NCBI RefSeq assembly: GCF_006345805.1
Contig: NC_043021.1
Span: forward strand, 10,044,001-10,108,000
Reading direction: 5' to 3'
Length of the DNA: 64,000 nucleotides
From: Octopus sinensis
Lineage: Eukaryota
Part shown: positions 63,656 through 64,000 of the stretch, in pieces
Numbering within the stretch: the stretch's first letter is position 1
Layout: the number at the start of each line of letters is the position of its first letter
The notes under the pieces: model-generated
The model's database searches: none
Told to the model about the DNA's origin: nothing
Seen by the model: the letters and a program-made list of their open reading frames with translations, nothing else
Translations under genes and position numbers: made by a program

Positions 63656-64000
63656 GCATAATTGATTCAAACTCTCTCTGTGTTATGCATGTTTTCTATT
63701 TCTTACTTTTTTCTAGCAACACTTAGTTTCATCATCCTTACCCTGAGATCTATTATCATTAAACTTGTATCCCTCCACTACTTTAATGAAATGTCTGATT
63801 TTTCCCTCTCTTTCCTTCATAATTTTGTTGGCATTTTCAGTTTCTCTCCCAAGACTATCTTCTGTTTGTCCCCATGAGATGTGTGGGTCCACAACGCACC
63901 CACCCCATCACCTTTGCTGGAAGTCTCTCTCTCATTTCTTGTCCCTAATTAGCAAACCTTCCCCACTCGTCTCCTATTGCCTTGTGGTGTTCACAATGCA

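Overview
AT-rich, repeat-saturated animal genomic DNA. The tRNA-derived SINE repertoire and extreme microsatellite density suggest an octopus or other coleoid cephalopod (inference, not a database result). One protein-coding gene is well supported: a 4-coding-exon, 617-aa type II membrane carboxylesterase/cholinesterase-fold protein (neurotactin-like, + strand, 56039-59772). It keeps the GESSG serine but has altered oxyanion-hole and acid-residue motifs. A candidate bidirectional promoter with a first exon lies at about 47.4-47.65 kb. The rest of the window is mobile DNA: four SINE families (named A-D here, dozens of copies, often nested with 11-19 bp TSDs), three decayed mariner elements, a 5'-truncated Penelope-like retroelement with an inverted pLTR and a hammerhead-like motif, RTE LINE fragments, hAT/Tigger/Merlin-like MITEs, a mini-Helitron, and long-TIR foldback elements with telomere-like cores. 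There is a 100-N gap at 11193-11292. Most ORFs in the supplied track are microsatellite or SINE artefacts. Most notable: (1) SINE-B concatemers with the same 184-bp period and junction at two independent loci; (2) a variant hammerhead in the Penelope pLTR; (3) the rewired esterase active site; (4) CpG decay of SINE copies confined to the gene region; (5) foldback insertions flanked by 68-225 bp direct duplications.
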